DNA of 64,000 bases from an uncultured bacterium (lineage in GTDB: Bacteria > Babelota > Babeliae > Babelales > Babelaceae), in contig CAWGPQ010000006.1 in assembly GCA_963824495.1 (NCBI GenBank), positions 96,001-160,000 on the forward strand. Reading direction: 5' to 3'. Under the pieces are notes generated by a model. It worked only from the letters and a program-made list of their open reading frames with translations, was not told the origin of the DNA and did no database searches. The position numbers were made by a program, and so were the translations under genes. This document shows positions 1-12,130 of this stretch, piece after piece. How positions within the stretch are numbered: position 1 is the first letter of the stretch; each line of letters opens with the position of its first letter.

Positions 1-374
1 AGCACTATCAGCGAATCACCGGAAAGATAAGGTTGGGAGAAAAATACACGTTCGGCACGTACCGGTGTCGGTGTCATACCTGCAGCAACTACATGAACTG
101 AGCCAAGCTGAAGTTGAGGGATAAGCAGCTCAAAAGGCATATCGCGTAACTCCATAGTTTTGCCCAAGCGCTTACATACTTCTCTAACAAGATCTATATC
201 AAAGCCAACAATAGCACCATCTTGTTTAAAAGAAAACGGTTTAAAGTCAGCACTTGTGCCTACAATAATGGTATTAGAGTTAGAAAGCGTGTCTCTCTTC
301 TTGTCACTTTTAAGCCAAGAATAGGCAAGAAAAGCTAGGACTATAGCTATAATGGTAAAAAATAACTTTTTCAT
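1..374 (-). CDS. Amino-acid ABC transporter substrate-binding protein (SBP_bac_3 type), runs off the window edge
   Basis: Not in the ORF track. Manual translation from ATG at 374: MKKLFFTIIAIVLAFLAYSW...IIVGTSADFKPFSFKQDGAIVGFDIDLVREVCKRLG...LIPQLQLGSVHVVAAGMTPTPVRAERVFFSQPY. Confidence 0.9.
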   Translation of the reverse strand, partial: MKKLFFTIIAIVLAFLAYSWLKSDKKRDTLSNSNTIIVGTSADFKPFSFKQDGAIVGFDIDLVREVCKRLGKTMELRDMPFELLIPQLQLGSVHVVAAGMTPTPVRAERVFFSQPYLSGDSLIV

Positions 375-458
375 GGGAACATCCTAAAGTTTATATCAGT
401 TCTAATATTAGGATAGCACATTCTTGAGAGAGTTTGAATTCTTGCTCTCGATCAACCC

Positions 459-2066
459 TCAGAAAAGCTCGTTTATAACCTGTGCTATAGGTCTGGTTTC
501 TTGCAGGGGCTGCATAGCACGATAGAACTCTTCGTCATAACTGCGGGTTTCAAGAACTATGGGCATAGGTGTTGCGTGGCCCACTACAAGCACTTGTTTT
601 TTGCTATCAAGTGATCCAAGAATAGTTTTAAGTGCTGGTGCGTTATTAACACCAGTGAGCACAGCCTGAATATCTTTTTCATCACTTAGTTGGGCGATTA
701 TTTTAGTTCCAATTTGGGAAATAATCTCTGGGTCGATACTTGATGGTCGTTGGTCAATCACAAGCAGCGATACGTAGTATTTACGCATTTCACGTGCAAT
801 AGTACCAAAAATAGTTTGCCGGGCCGCTTGAATATTTAAAAATTTATGAGCTTCTTCTATAACGATCATAAGCTTTTGAGGCTCATCTTGTCTGGATTGT
901 GATCCAAGAAATTGCTCAGTTTTTTGAATATATGCTGCATGGATACGGCGGGTGATAATATTGGCAATAAGTAAGTAGCAAAATGTTGATGTATGATTAC
1001 CAAATTCAATAACAATAGAGATGCCATGATTAATATACTCAAGCATATGATCTATGGAATCTAGACCAGAACTTACCACTGTTGGTTTAAGAAATGAAAA
1101 TCGTTCTATAGGCTTAAGCTTTCGGTAGAGTGCTGCCAATGATTCGGGATGTGCTCCAAGCTCATGTGCTCGTTCTTTAAGTTGATCACCGCTTTGCAAA
1201 AGTACAGCAAGCCAGTCTTTTTTATATTTTGCTGCAAGCAGATAAGCTACTTCGCATGCCGTTGCATGTAAATTAAGCTCATAATGTAACGAGATAATAT
1301 CTTCTACCGCAATAGATTGATAAGCAAGCGTAAGTTCAACGTCAGGATGGCCACCACGCTTGCGGGTAGACTGTGGATCAAGTGAAAAAATAGCAACTTT
1401 ATCACAAAAGAGCGTCTTAAGACCCTTAACAAAACCACCTGCACCTTCTTTACGTGCCTGTAAACCATACTCTCCATGCATATCAAAAATCAGGGTTACC
1501 GCTGCATTGCTCTTAAGAAGCCCTGCGAGCACAAGGCGTGTTAAAAATGTTTTACCAGTGCCTGTTTTGCCAAAGATACCATTGCTACGCTCAGTAAGCT
1601 TATCCAGATCAAGGCAGACTGGCGTATCCATATCCAAAGGGTAGCCCAGCGTAAAATAACGTCTGCTTGTATCGCGCTCATCACCAAAAATACGTGCGAC
1701 GTCTTCTCTTTCTACTTCGTAAACAGGAGCAAAGTGGGGAGGTAGGGCTTTAACGGGTGCTGGCTTGCCATACTGTGTGAGCATGAGTAAGGGACGGATT
1801 AGTGCAGTAGCATACATATCATTAAGCTTAAGAATATCTTGTAGAAAATACTCATGTGCTGTTGGTGGAAAAAGGGTAATATCTGGGTGGGTCACTTCAA
1901 GTTTAAGATCCGTAATAAGCGAAAAGAACGTATGCTGATGACCAGCAATAGACACAAACTTGCCAGCCTTTAACGATTCTGGTTGGGTATCAGCGTGAAT
2001 GCGCATAAGAAATCCTTCAGAAAGAGAGCCAGTAATAAGCGTACCCAATAACTTTCTTATACCCAT
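459..2066 (-). CDS. HerA/FtsK-superfamily ATPase (DUF87-type)
   Basis: N-terminal HAS-barrel-like region, Walker A GKTGTGKT, IFDMHGEY, Walker B IVIEEAH, REMRKY...DQRPS motif. Confidence 0.85.
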   Translation of the reverse strand: MGIRKLLGTLITGSLSEGFLMRIHADTQPESLKAGKFVSIAGHQHTFFSLITDLKLEVTHPDITLFPPTAHEYFLQDILKLNDMYATALIRPLLMLTQYGKPAPVKALPPHFAPVYEVEREDVARIFGDERDTSRRYFTLGYPLDMDTPVCLDLDKLTERSNGIFGKTGTGKTFLTRLVLAGLLKSNAAVTLIFDMHGEYGLQARKEGAGGFVKGLKTLFCDKVAIFSLDPQSTRKRGGHPDVELTLAYQSIAVEDIISLHYELNLHATACEVAYLLAAKYKKDWLAVLLQSGDQLKERAHELGAHPESLAALYRKLKPIERFSFLKPTVVSSGLDSIDHMLEYINHGISIVIEFGNHTSTFCYLLIANIITRRIHAAYIQKTEQFLGSQSRQDEPQKLMIVIEEAHKFLNIQAARQTIFGTIAREMRKYYVSLLVIDQRPSSIDPEIISQIGTKIIAQLSDEKDIQAVLTGVNNAPALKTILGSLDSKKQVLVVGHATPMPIVLETRSYDEEFYRAMQPLQETRPIAQVINELF

Positions 2067-2075
2067 ATCGTATAC

Positions 2076-2324
2076 CTATAGTGTTACATCACTTATAATT
2101 AAAAGCGCAGAAGTACGCTGTACATGCAGTATAGCATCAGTAGGTATAAAAGATTCAGTTTTATCTCCTGGCATGCCAAAGGTGAATGGCTTGTTTGGTG
2201 ACAATATAAGTATAGTTGGCGCATGACCCTCTTGAATAACCATATTTCCGGTTGAAGTTTCGACTTCTATCCAATCAACCGAGAGCGATCGTTGGCTCGT
2301 TGGGCTTATAATAGAAAGTTTCAT
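2076..2324 (-). CDS. atpC: F1Fo ATP synthase epsilon subunit (short, beta-sandwich only)
   Basis: LSIISP...TGNMVIQEGHAP motif, immediately downstream of atpD. Confidence 0.8.
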   Translation of the reverse strand: MKLSIISPTSQRSLSVDWIEVETSTGNMVIQEGHAPTILILSPNKPFTFGMPGDKTESFIPTDAILHVQRTSALLIISDVTL

Positions 2325-2328
2325 AGTG

Positions 2329-3857
<1,529 letters not shown>

Positions 3858-3959
3858 ATTTTAAGCCACTAAGTTCCATCAAGCTGTTTTATTAACAATT
3901 ATAGAATAAGATAAGAATATATGCAAAATTTAGTAATCTTAGTAGTCTATGAGAATTTA

Positions 3960-3988
3960 AGAGGATATGGCTCGTATGCATATCCTCT
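3960..3988 (-). terminator. Hairpin downstream of lon (putative terminator)
   Basis: Inverted repeat agaggatatg / catatcctct. Confidence 0.5.
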
Positions 3989-4005
3989 AGTGGTTAAGAG
4001 ATAAT

Positions 4006-6378
4006 TTAGGTACGCGCGTCTTTTTTATCGATAGGGGCCATTAAAACGTGATTGAGTATTTCATCGGCATGATCAACCCAAATGACATCAATATCGTTCA
4101 GGATATCTTCAAACCCTACAAGATCTTGCTTATTTTTTTGGGGTAAAATTATATGCGGTACGTTATTGCGTTTAGCAGCTAATATTTTTTCTTTTACGCC
4201 GCCAATTGGCATAACATTGCCTCGCAAATTAAGTTCACCCGTCATAGCGTAGGCACCGTCGATTGGGCGTTGGGTATAGGCAGAGAGAATTGACGACAAG
4301 AGCGTAACACCTGCCGATGGGCCATCTTTGGGTATAGCTGCCGCAGGAACATGCACGTGCAGGTCATATTGAACAAATGTCTTAGATGGTATACCAAATT
4401 CCTGTGCATGAGCGCGAACATAGCTGAGTGCCGCCTGGGCTGACTCTTTCATAACAGCGCCAAGCTGACCGGTTAAGATAAGCCTTCCCCTGCCTGGAAG
4501 AATAACCGCTTCGATTTTGATCATTTCACCACCGTAAGCAGTCCATGCAAGACCATTGGTAATGCCCACTTGGCTTTCACGGTCAGTATCATGCTGAAGG
4601 TGTCGTCGAGGGCCAAGATATTTTTCAAGATCAGTTGAAGCAAATTCAAGAAGGCGTTTTTCTTCTACAAGCGTACGAGTAGCCTTTGAACAAAGTTTTC
4701 TAATAAGCCGTTCAAGTTCACGTACCCCCGATTCACGGGTATAGTGATCTATTATATCGTTAATAACATCGTCATGTAATGAAAGGGGGTGCTGCTCGAG
4801 TCCTGTGTCTACGAGTGCTTTAGGGATAAGGTGTCGTCGGGCGATCTGGAGTTTCTCTTGAATGGTATAGCCAGAAAGCTGGATAATTTCCATACGGTCA
4901 CGTAATGGCTCAGATAGATGATCGATGGTGTTAGCTGTAGCGATAAAAATTACTTTCGATAAATCAAACGGTACACCTAAATAGTTATCATAAAAACTTT
5001 TATTTTGATGCGGATCAAGTACTTCAAGCATTGCTGCTGAAGGGTCACCTCTAAAATCAGCACCGATCTTGTCAAGCTCGTCAATAATAATCACCGGGTT
5101 AAGCGACCCTGCTTTACGAATGCCCTGTATAAATCTGCCTGGCATTGCGCCAACATAGGTTCTTCTATGCCCTCGAATTTCGGCTTCGTCTTTAACTCCT
5201 CCGAGGGATATCCTAAAGTATTGCCGATTGAGGCTTCTGGCAATAGATTTACCCAGTGACGTTTTTCCTGTTCCCGGCGGCCCCGCAAAACATAATATCG
5301 GCGCATTGCCATTTTGCTTGAGTGTTCGTATAGATATAAAATCAAGTATCCGTTCTTTAATATCTTTCAGACCGTAATGCTCTTCATCAAGAATAGCTTT
5401 TGCATGCTCTAAATTAAGATTATCAACGGTTTCTTTGCCCCAGGGCAGTGCCAATACCCAATCAAGATAGTTACGCAATACTGCTGCTTCCATAGAATCA
5501 GGTGTTGTCTTTTCTAACCGATTAATTTGGCGATTTACTTCATTGCGTGCTTCTTCACTCAAAGGGAGCTCGATAGCGCGCATTCTTAGTTTATCAACAT
5601 CTTCATTGTCATCTTCGCCTAATTCTTTCTTGATGGCTTTAAGCTGCTCGCGCAAATAAAACTCTTTCTGGGATTTATTCATAGAGTCACGTGCACGATT
5701 TTTGATACGTTCTTGAACTTCGGCAACCTCTACTTCTTTCGATAGCTGTTTATAAAGTCCCTCAAGAAACTCTGTATATGTTACGAGCTCAAGAAGTCCT
5801 TGGGCTTGATCGACAGAAAGGGTAAGATGAGAGAGTATAAAATCAGCAATTTTTTCTGGATCTTGCATTTTTGATAATATCAGGTGGAAATCGGGGCTCA
5901 GTGATTGGCCAGAGCTCGACATTTTTTCAGCGATGTGCTTAATGTTCTTGATTTGTGCCGCAAGCTCAGTGGAATCCATTTCAGGCTGAAAGTCTACCTT
6001 TGACGCCGCTGCATTAAGAATATCTTCTTCAGCAATAATAGTATGTACCTGGGCTTTGTAAAGCCCTTGAACAAGAATCTTAATGCCCCCTTCAGGAATC
6101 TTGATCAGTCTCATGATTGAAGCAACGGTACCCATCTTGTACAAGTCTTTGGTGCCAATAGCTCCTTGATGGCCGGATGTCTGCTTCTTAGAGGCCAGCA
6201 GGAGAACCGTCTTCGATTCATCTTGTAGTGCTTTGTTGATTCCCTTGATAATTCGTTCATCAAGTACCAGTAATGGTACTATCATATTAGGAAATACTAC
6301 GACATCCATAGTCGGAATTATCGGGAGTATTTCTGGTAGCGTCTCAGGCGCGGATCGTGTAAGTGTCTTCATTATCAC
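4006..6378 (-). CDS. lon: ATP-dependent Lon protease
   Basis: LON N-domain, GPPGTGKT, HRRTYVGAMPG, catalytic PKDGPSAG and IGGVKEK. Confidence 0.98.
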   Translation of the reverse strand: MIMKTLTRSAPETLPEILPIIPTMDVVVFPNMIVPLLVLDERIIKGINKALQDESKTVLLLASKKQTSGHQGAIGTKDLYKMGTVASIMRLIKIPEGGIKILVQGLYKAQVHTIIAEEDILNAAASKVDFQPEMDSTELAAQIKNIKHIAEKMSSSGQSLSPDFHLILSKMQDPEKIADFILSHLTLSVDQAQGLLELVTYTEFLEGLYKQLSKEVEVAEVQERIKNRARDSMNKSQKEFYLREQLKAIKKELGEDDNEDVDKLRMRAIELPLSEEARNEVNRQINRLEKTTPDSMEAAVLRNYLDWVLALPWGKETVDNLNLEHAKAILDEEHYGLKDIKERILDFISIRTLKQNGNAPILCFAGPPGTGKTSLGKSIARSLNRQYFRISLGGVKDEAEIRGHRRTYVGAMPGRFIQGIRKAGSLNPVIIIDELDKIGADFRGDPSAAMLEVLDPHQNKSFYDNYLGVPFDLSKVIFIATANTIDHLSEPLRDRMEIIQLSGYTIQEKLQIARRHLIPKALVDTGLEQHPLSLHDDVINDIIDHYTRESGVRELERLIRKLCSKATRTLVEEKRLLEFASTDLEKYLGPRRHLQHDTDRESQVGITNGLAWTAYGGEMIKIEAVILPGRGRLILTGQLGAVMKESAQAALSYVRAHAQEFGIPSKTFVQYDLHVHVPAAAIPKDGPSAGVTLLSSILSAYTQRPIDGAYAMTGELNLRGNVMPIGGVKEKILAAKRNNVPHIILPQKNKQDLVGFEDILNDIDVIWVDHADEILNHVLMAPIDKKDART

Positions 6379-6507
6379 CCCCCCTTTTGAACCTAACCGC
6401 TTGGTTTTATTATATCCCTATACAATAGTCTACCCAAGGTATCTTTCGTTAGACAATACTTTGGTTCTAGGGTGCTTAAATACAGGGTACACTGCGATAC
6501 CAAAGAC

Positions 6508-6540
6508 AAAAAAAGGGCCTGGCGTATGCCAAGCCCTTTT
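6508..6540 (-). terminator. Rho-independent terminator
   Basis: Minus strand aaaagggcttggc-atac-gccaggcccttttttt: stem plus T-tract after the 6573 stop. Confidence 0.75.
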
Positions 6541-6572
6541 GATCAAGCTTTCTTGATTATGATAGCTAGGGA

Positions 6573-9158
6573 TTACTTTTCTTTCCGGAGTAATCTACTT
6601 ACGGTTGATTCGCCAGCCACAACCGAAACCGTACTATTGGTACTTGCTATAGGTATATATGTCTGATTTACCTGGCTGCCTTCAAGTATAGTCGCATCAT
6701 GTGACATGTTTGGCAACAAATCCTGAGTTTTATTGCTTGGCACAGGATAAAAGCTTGTATCAATCTTGTGTGCAGGTTTAGGCTGCAGCTTTGTATCCTT
6801 CTTCTCTTTGTACATTTTAACAAGATGATCATTGCCAATCAATGCACCCATACCAGTCACAACCCCTACAGTGGCCAAACTAAGCAGTTTAGACAAAACA
6901 GGATGATCGCCTGAGCTCGGTGCTTCAGGTAGGTACCTAGGTTCTTGGTTGATTAAAGACGTTCTGACAAGGTCATACATGTTATTATCATCTGTATTTA
7001 TTATATGTTCGTACGGCGTTCCATCATGCATAAGTTTGACTTTTATGTATTTTGCTGACTTTACGGAATCTAAAAAGGAATCATTATTGATACTGATGAT
7101 AATTTGTCTAACTAAGTCAATTATTTGGGCTTCAGTAAACTTGGTCGAGGTGGTATAGTTACTCGCATTATGGGTTATGCTGGATGATGAAATCTCATTA
7201 TCGTTGACATCAAGGAGAACAATTGTCGTGATAGTAAAATTTGAGCCAGAATGTTGATCAACTTCTTTAGGTAGCTTATCAGATTTTTCATTAGCGGAAG
7301 TAATATCGCCTTCTTTATCAGCGGATGAATCTTCTTCTTCGTCTGACTCTGCTTCAGTGCCGGAAGAGCTACCTGAAGCGCTTCCGGCATCACTATGCTC
7401 TTCTTCTTCGTCTGAGCTTGACTCTTTATCATCACCAGGGGAGTTTGAGGTTGACCGCGTAGCATTTGCTATCAAGCGCTTGTATGAGGGCATATATTGA
7501 TCGTCGGTAGCTTTGTAGACAAAGCCATCCTGTACATCGGAGTTGTTATCATTAAGTTCGTATACATCTATTGGCTTGTAATCATCTGGCTTGCAATCAT
7601 CAGCAGAGTATACGGCAAGTGCGGCTGGTGCAGCTGTTAAAGCTTTACTTTCCATTAATTCTTTGAAGCAGCTAGAAAATACAGTTAGTTCACCTGGCTG
7701 ATCCAAAGAGCCTTTTTTGATCTTAATTGGTTGAAGGCCGAACACTGATTTACCGTTTACAAGTGGCACAACAATAAGATTAGGTTCTTCTTCTTTTTCG
7801 CTTACTTTTAAGCTAGTTGAGGTAGAAGTAGCCGAGCTGCCTTCTTGATTATCTTCAGTTACACGTTCAAAAATAGGGCCGTCATGAAGCTGTTGATCAG
7901 TAAGCTGATATTTTCCCCTCAAGTTATCTTTAGTATCATATACCATGATACTATCGAATTCGTTGGTCCTACTTTGATATTCCTGAAGATCTATAACTAA
8001 TTCATTATCCAAGCTGCTCTTAATGGTGGTTTCGATCGAATTTATTTGTTTTCCATCTTTTAATAAGATAACACGTATAACATCTTGCGGTGAAGGCCGA
8101 GTTGTCGACGCTGTGTCTTCTTCTTCCTCTTCACTGCTGTGATCACTGTCACTGTCACTAGACACATCTTCAGAGCTGCTATTTTCACTATCAGTATCTT
8201 TATTCAAATCGTATACGTCTATGGTTTCCCCAGCTTGGTTTTTTACGTAAAAGCTATCGGGACGGTCTTCTGCGTTAAGATCTTTATCAAGTAAGGGCTC
8301 AAGTATGTCAGGACTAAAGCTTAATTCCTTGGTATCGTTATTAAGGCAATTAGCATTAGTATGGATTGGCTTGAAATTTTTTAGTATTTTTCCATCTTTG
8401 ACCGCAATAATGGTAATCGGATCATTCAAAGCAATCACTTCAGTAGGATTACCCTCACCAAGTGTTTGTAGTTTTTTGCTGGCCTGCATTAAGCCTTGAT
8501 AAGCAGCTTTAGCTTTAGTGGGTGTCGCATTGGGTGTTGGTATGGGTGTTGTGTTTGGCGTCGTTATAGGAGATGTATCAGGTAATTTTAAAGTATGTAA
8601 AATGCTAGAGATAGGGGGAGGGGTAGCAGTTTGTAATAGATTTTTAACTTGTTCAAACTCAGATCTAAGATTTTTAGGTGTTAACTGCTTCGAACCCGTT
8701 GGAACACTAGTTATATAAGCACTTGAACTTGGGGAGCTTGGGATAGGCTGTGTTTTAGATACTGGTGATTGGTAGCTTTGTTGCATGGTTCCTGATGGTA
8801 TTTTGCCTTGAGAGAGAAGGAAATGCAAAATAGCTTGTTCGCCATCAATTTCTATTTCTTCTACGTTTCTATTTATTGTTTTATTGCCTAAGCCAAGTTG
8901 AACCCGCACGAGATTGTTCTTAGGACAAGCAGCTTTTAATTGGTTTAATATATTTGTAGGTATGCATAAAGTAGAATCCGTGTACTGATTGTTACCTATA
9001 TTTACTGTACAGGTTGGTCCAAAAGTTCGTTGGTTAGTTTTGCTTACGGCAGTAATCGTAAGATATTGTTTCATATCCTCCATTGCTTGAGTACTGAAAT
9101 AGCTTATATTGCTAGCTAATATACTTAGCGATAAAACTTTGAAAATATTTTTAACCAT
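6573..9158 (-). CDS. Exported orphan protein with repeated beta-rich modules, acidic Ser/Asp/Glu linkers and a C-proximal hydrophobic segment
   Basis: Start reassigned to MVKNIFK (ATG 9158, aaggga SD upstream); signal peptide ending STQA|MED; the ORF track start at 9212 is probably too long. Confidence 0.75.
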   Translation of the reverse strand: MVKNIFKVLSLSILASNISYFSTQAMEDMKQYLTITAVSKTNQRTFGPTCTVNIGNNQYTDSTLCIPTNILNQLKAACPKNNLVRVQLGLGNKTINRNVEEIEIDGEQAILHFLLSQGKIPSGTMQQSYQSPVSKTQPIPSSPSSSAYITSVPTGSKQLTPKNLRSEFEQVKNLLQTATPPPISSILHTLKLPDTSPITTPNTTPIPTPNATPTKAKAAYQGLMQASKKLQTLGEGNPTEVIALNDPITIIAVKDGKILKNFKPIHTNANCLNNDTKELSFSPDILEPLLDKDLNAEDRPDSFYVKNQAGETIDVYDLNKDTDSENSSSEDVSSDSDSDHSSEEEEEDTASTTRPSPQDVIRVILLKDGKQINSIETTIKSSLDNELVIDLQEYQSRTNEFDSIMVYDTKDNLRGKYQLTDQQLHDGPIFERVTEDNQEGSSATSTSTSLKVSEKEEEPNLIVVPLVNGKSVFGLQPIKIKKGSLDQPGELTVFSSCFKELMESKALTAAPAALAVYSADDCKPDDYKPIDVYELNDNNSDVQDGFVYKATDDQYMPSYKRLIANATRSTSNSPGDDKESSSDEEEEHSDAGSASGSSSGTEAESDEEEDSSADKEGDITSANEKSDKLPKEVDQHSGSNFTITTIVLLDVNDNEISSSSITHNASNYTTSTKFTEAQIIDLVRQIIISINNDSFLDSVKSAKYIKVKLMHDGTPYEHIINTDDNNMYDLVRTSLINQEPRYLPEAPSSGDHPVLSKLLSLATVGVVTGMGALIGNDHLVKMYKEKKDTKLQPKPAHKIDTSFYPVPSNKTQDLLPNMSHDATILEGSQVNQTYIPIASTNSTVSVVAGESTVSRLLRKEK

Positions 9159-9361
9159 AGACGTTCCCTTTGACTCACGGTAAAAGTAGGTGCTTGTGAA
9201 TTTAAAAATCAAATAATTTTTATTTTTATTTTGTGAACTAGCATTCTAATTTAGCATTAATGCACTTAAAAGTAAATTAAAGATTTTTTGCTTTATACTG
9301 CAGCTGAATAGTGGGCTTTAACGTGTTGTTTTTAAGTTATAACTTGTGTTTAAATCTGAGC

Positions 9362-10522
9362 TTATACTTTCATTTTTTGCAAAGTGTTTATAGCTGAGTG
9401 AGTATCGTTCTGTGTATCTTGATCGATATCTGATGAAGAGTCTATGATAACAGTGGTATTCATTTCTGCTGGTGAGTTAGATATAGACAAATCCCGATGT
9501 GTATCAAGCTGTGATGGCATTTCTTTAATACCCCCAATATTTTGAATAAGATTTTGTGAATTAGTTTCTTGCAAAGTAGAGTTGCTTATCTGAATGGTGC
9601 TATTGGTAGCTCCTATATCGGTTTGATTTAAGTAACCAATTTCAGGTATAGCTGTGCTTTCCTGACTATTAATCTTGGTAATATCTGATTGGGCCTGTAA
9701 TGCCTGGTTAACAATGGGCGAGTAATACCTAGCGTTAAGTCCTTGTCTCTTTTGTTTGCTTGATTGTTTGGGGGGACTTACGTACTGTTCATACGCGTTA
9801 ATAAGTTGCTTATGAAACAAGATGGCTCCCAATGCCACTATACCTACTGTTGTATAAAGAATAGAATTATTGTTTGATATTTTTAATAGTACTACAGGAT
9901 TTTGCGGCAGAGTTTTAGCATCTTCCTCTTCTTGTTTTGCGGATTGTGCACCATCGTTGGTATCTGTTGAGTCACTACCAGCACCATCAGGATCGGAATG
10001 TGTAGGATTTATACAAGCATCAGCTGGTGGCTGATTCCATGAGGAACCTGCTTTTATTGTCCGACGTTCTACTTGTGAACTGTTTTGCTTATGTTGTGCC
10101 GCCAAGCAGGCTTGGTATGCTTGTATAAATTCAGGCTGACTCGGAGCTAGTTGGAATACATCTCTCATATTAACACCAGGTATAAAATTTATGCCTTGGA
10201 GCTTCATAACTAATTCTCGATCACCTAAGATCAAGCAAAGGTGACTTGGTAGTTTACTGTCATTGATCTTGAGCAAAGTATCTCGTAATTCGCCTGCTGC
10301 AACACTTAGAGCTACAAGTTGGTTGTTGCTATAGCATAAGGCATCCTTAGACATGAGGAATTCATAAGGGGCTCTATCTCCTGTGTTCCATATGGGTATA
10401 ACAATTACAGAATTCTCTTGATTTGGTGCTGCTTGCATAGCATCCATTGCTTGGGCATTAGGAAAATGTAGGGTGCTTATAAGCGTAATAACTATAAGAG
10501 TTTTGCTGATGGTGTTAAACAT
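9362..10522 (-). CDS. Exported orphan protein, distant paralog of the 6573-9158 gene
   Basis: Signal peptide ending NAQA|MDA; hydrophobic segment TTVGIVALGAILFHKQLINAY resembles ATVGVVTGMGALIGNDHLVKMY. Confidence 0.7.
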   Translation of the reverse strand: MFNTISKTLIVITLISTLHFPNAQAMDAMQAAPNQENSVIVIPIWNTGDRAPYEFLMSKDALCYSNNQLVALSVAAGELRDTLLKINDSKLPSHLCLILGDRELVMKLQGINFIPGVNMRDVFQLAPSQPEFIQAYQACLAAQHKQNSSQVERRTIKAGSSWNQPPADACINPTHSDPDGAGSDSTDTNDGAQSAKQEEEDAKTLPQNPVVLLKISNNNSILYTTVGIVALGAILFHKQLINAYEQYVSPPKQSSKQKRQGLNARYYSPIVNQALQAQSDITKINSQESTAIPEIGYLNQTDIGATNSTIQISNSTLQETNSQNLIQNIGGIKEMPSQLDTHRDLSISNSPAEMNTTVIIDSSSDIDQDTQNDTHSAINTLQKMKV

Positions 10523-10610
10523 AGAACTTCTCTTCGATATGATTAAACAAATATGGCAATACTAATTACAAATAGTTATGCTTTGTTTCGTGCTCTTTGT
10601 TTATACTTGG

Positions 10611-10910
10611 CTACTTGTTTTGCTTTGATGTTTTTTCTTGAGCAATACTATACAGCATATATGCTATCATGGCTGTACTACCAAGCGCAAGGTAACGAGG
10701 TATAAGATCTTGTGTATAGTTAGGAAAAAGTGTCGTGAGCCAATTAGGATCAGGGCTGTTATCCAAAGATATATAGCGAGGATAATAGTATAAGTCAGGT
10801 TGAGGATTATACATGAGTGGGTGCTGAAAGCGCGATATATAGGGTAGAGTACCATGAGTATAAGTTAGTGTGAGCACATATACCAAAAATAACGAATATT
10901 TACGAACCAT
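10611..10910 (-). CDS. Small hypothetical membrane/exported protein
   Basis: 99 aa, start overlaps the tyrS stop, N- and C-terminal hydrophobic segments. Confidence 0.55.
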   Translation of the reverse strand: MVRKYSLFLVYVLTLTYTHGTLPYISRFQHPLMYNPQPDLYYYPRYISLDNSPDPNWLTTLFPNYTQDLIPRYLALGSTAMIAYMLYSIAQEKTSKQNK

Positions 10911-12108
10911 AGTGAATCTTATAGAAACGGGTTTTTCCTACTTTGACGTTCATGGCAGGAGTAAGCTCTATTTGTGCAGCAAAGTCTTTGATTTTTATGT
11001 CGTTAATAGTTACAGCACCATCGTTTATAAGCCGCTTGGCTTCCGATGAGGTTGTAAGCGCACCCAAAAGTTTCAAGAGATCAACTATCCATAGCGGGTT
11101 AGGAGTAGTAGCCGGCAACTCTACCGAAACGGCATAATCAAAATCTTTCTGTTGAAAGCGGTGCTCAAATGCTTGCTGAGCATAATCAGCTTCTTCTTTG
11201 CTCCAAAAACGCTGAATAATAGTATAAGCAAGCTCTTTTTTAAGCTGCATAGGATGAAGGCGACCGGCAAGAACCCCTTCTTGCATGCGCGCAAGCTCTT
11301 GAGGGGTTTTGTTAAGAAGCAGTTCGTAATAGTGCCACATAAGCTCATCTGATAATGACATAAGTTTGCCAAATGCTTGATCAGCTGGTTCAGTCAGGCC
11401 GATAGCGTTACCGAGTGATTTAGACATTTTTGCTGTACCATCAAGGCCGAGCAAAAGAGGCATAGTTATAACCACTTGAGGTTCTTGGTCATACTGCTCT
11501 TGCAAGTATCTCCCCATGAGCAAGTTAAACGTTTGATCTGTTCCACCAAGCTCAACATCGGCTTGAAGGACAACCGAATCGTAGGCTTGTAAGATAGGAT
11601 AGAGAAGTTCATGAAAGCCGATCGATTGATGTTGTGCCAAACGTTGTGCAAAGTCTTCTCGTTCAATAATACGAGCGACGGTAACGTGACCACATAAGCG
11701 CACCCAATCTTTGCTCGTTAACTGATCAAGCCACTGTGAATTATAGGCTACGGTTAAGCGCTGACGATCTAAGATACGGCCAACCTGATCCAGATAGGTA
11801 ATGCTGTTTTGTTCGATCTGTTCAGGCGAAAGAGGAGGACGTGTTTTTGAACGGCCAGTAGGATCGCCAATACGTGCTGTAAAGTCACCAATCAAAAAAA
11901 TGACTTCATGTCCCAGTTCTTGAAACTCTTTCATCTTAGAGAGTACGACCGTATGTCCTAGATGGAGGTCGGGAGCGGTAGGGTCAGCACCTAATTTTAT
12001 TTTTAATTTTTTTCCTGTGCTAAGCTTTTTAATAAGCTCTTCCTGTGGGATAATCGCATGAGTAGTGGTACGCAAGCGATCGAATGGTTCATGAGTTCTT
12101 GTATTCAC
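10900..12108 (-). CDS. tyrS: Tyrosine--tRNA ligase
   Basis: [26 protein letters not shown]-terminal S4 domain. Confidence 0.97.
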   Translation of the reverse strand: MNTRTHEPFDRLRTTTHAIIPQEELIKKLSTGKKLKIKLGADPTAPDLHLGHTVVLSKMKEFQELGHEVIFLIGDFTARIGDPTGRSKTRPPLSPEQIEQNSITYLDQVGRILDRQRLTVAYNSQWLDQLTSKDWVRLCGHVTVARIIEREDFAQRLAQHQSIGFHELLYPILQAYDSVVLQADVELGGTDQTFNLLMGRYLQEQYDQEPQVVITMPLLLGLDGTAKMSKSLGNAIGLTEPADQAFGKLMSLSDELMWHYYELLLNKTPQELARMQEGVLAGRLHPMQLKKELAYTIIQRFWSKEEADYAQQAFEHRFQQKDFDYAVSVELPATTPNPLWIVDLLKLLGALTTSSEAKRLINDGAVTINDIKIKDFAAQIELTPAMNVKVGKTRFYKIHYGS

Positions 12109-12130
12109 GGTATCCTTAACTCGGGATAGT

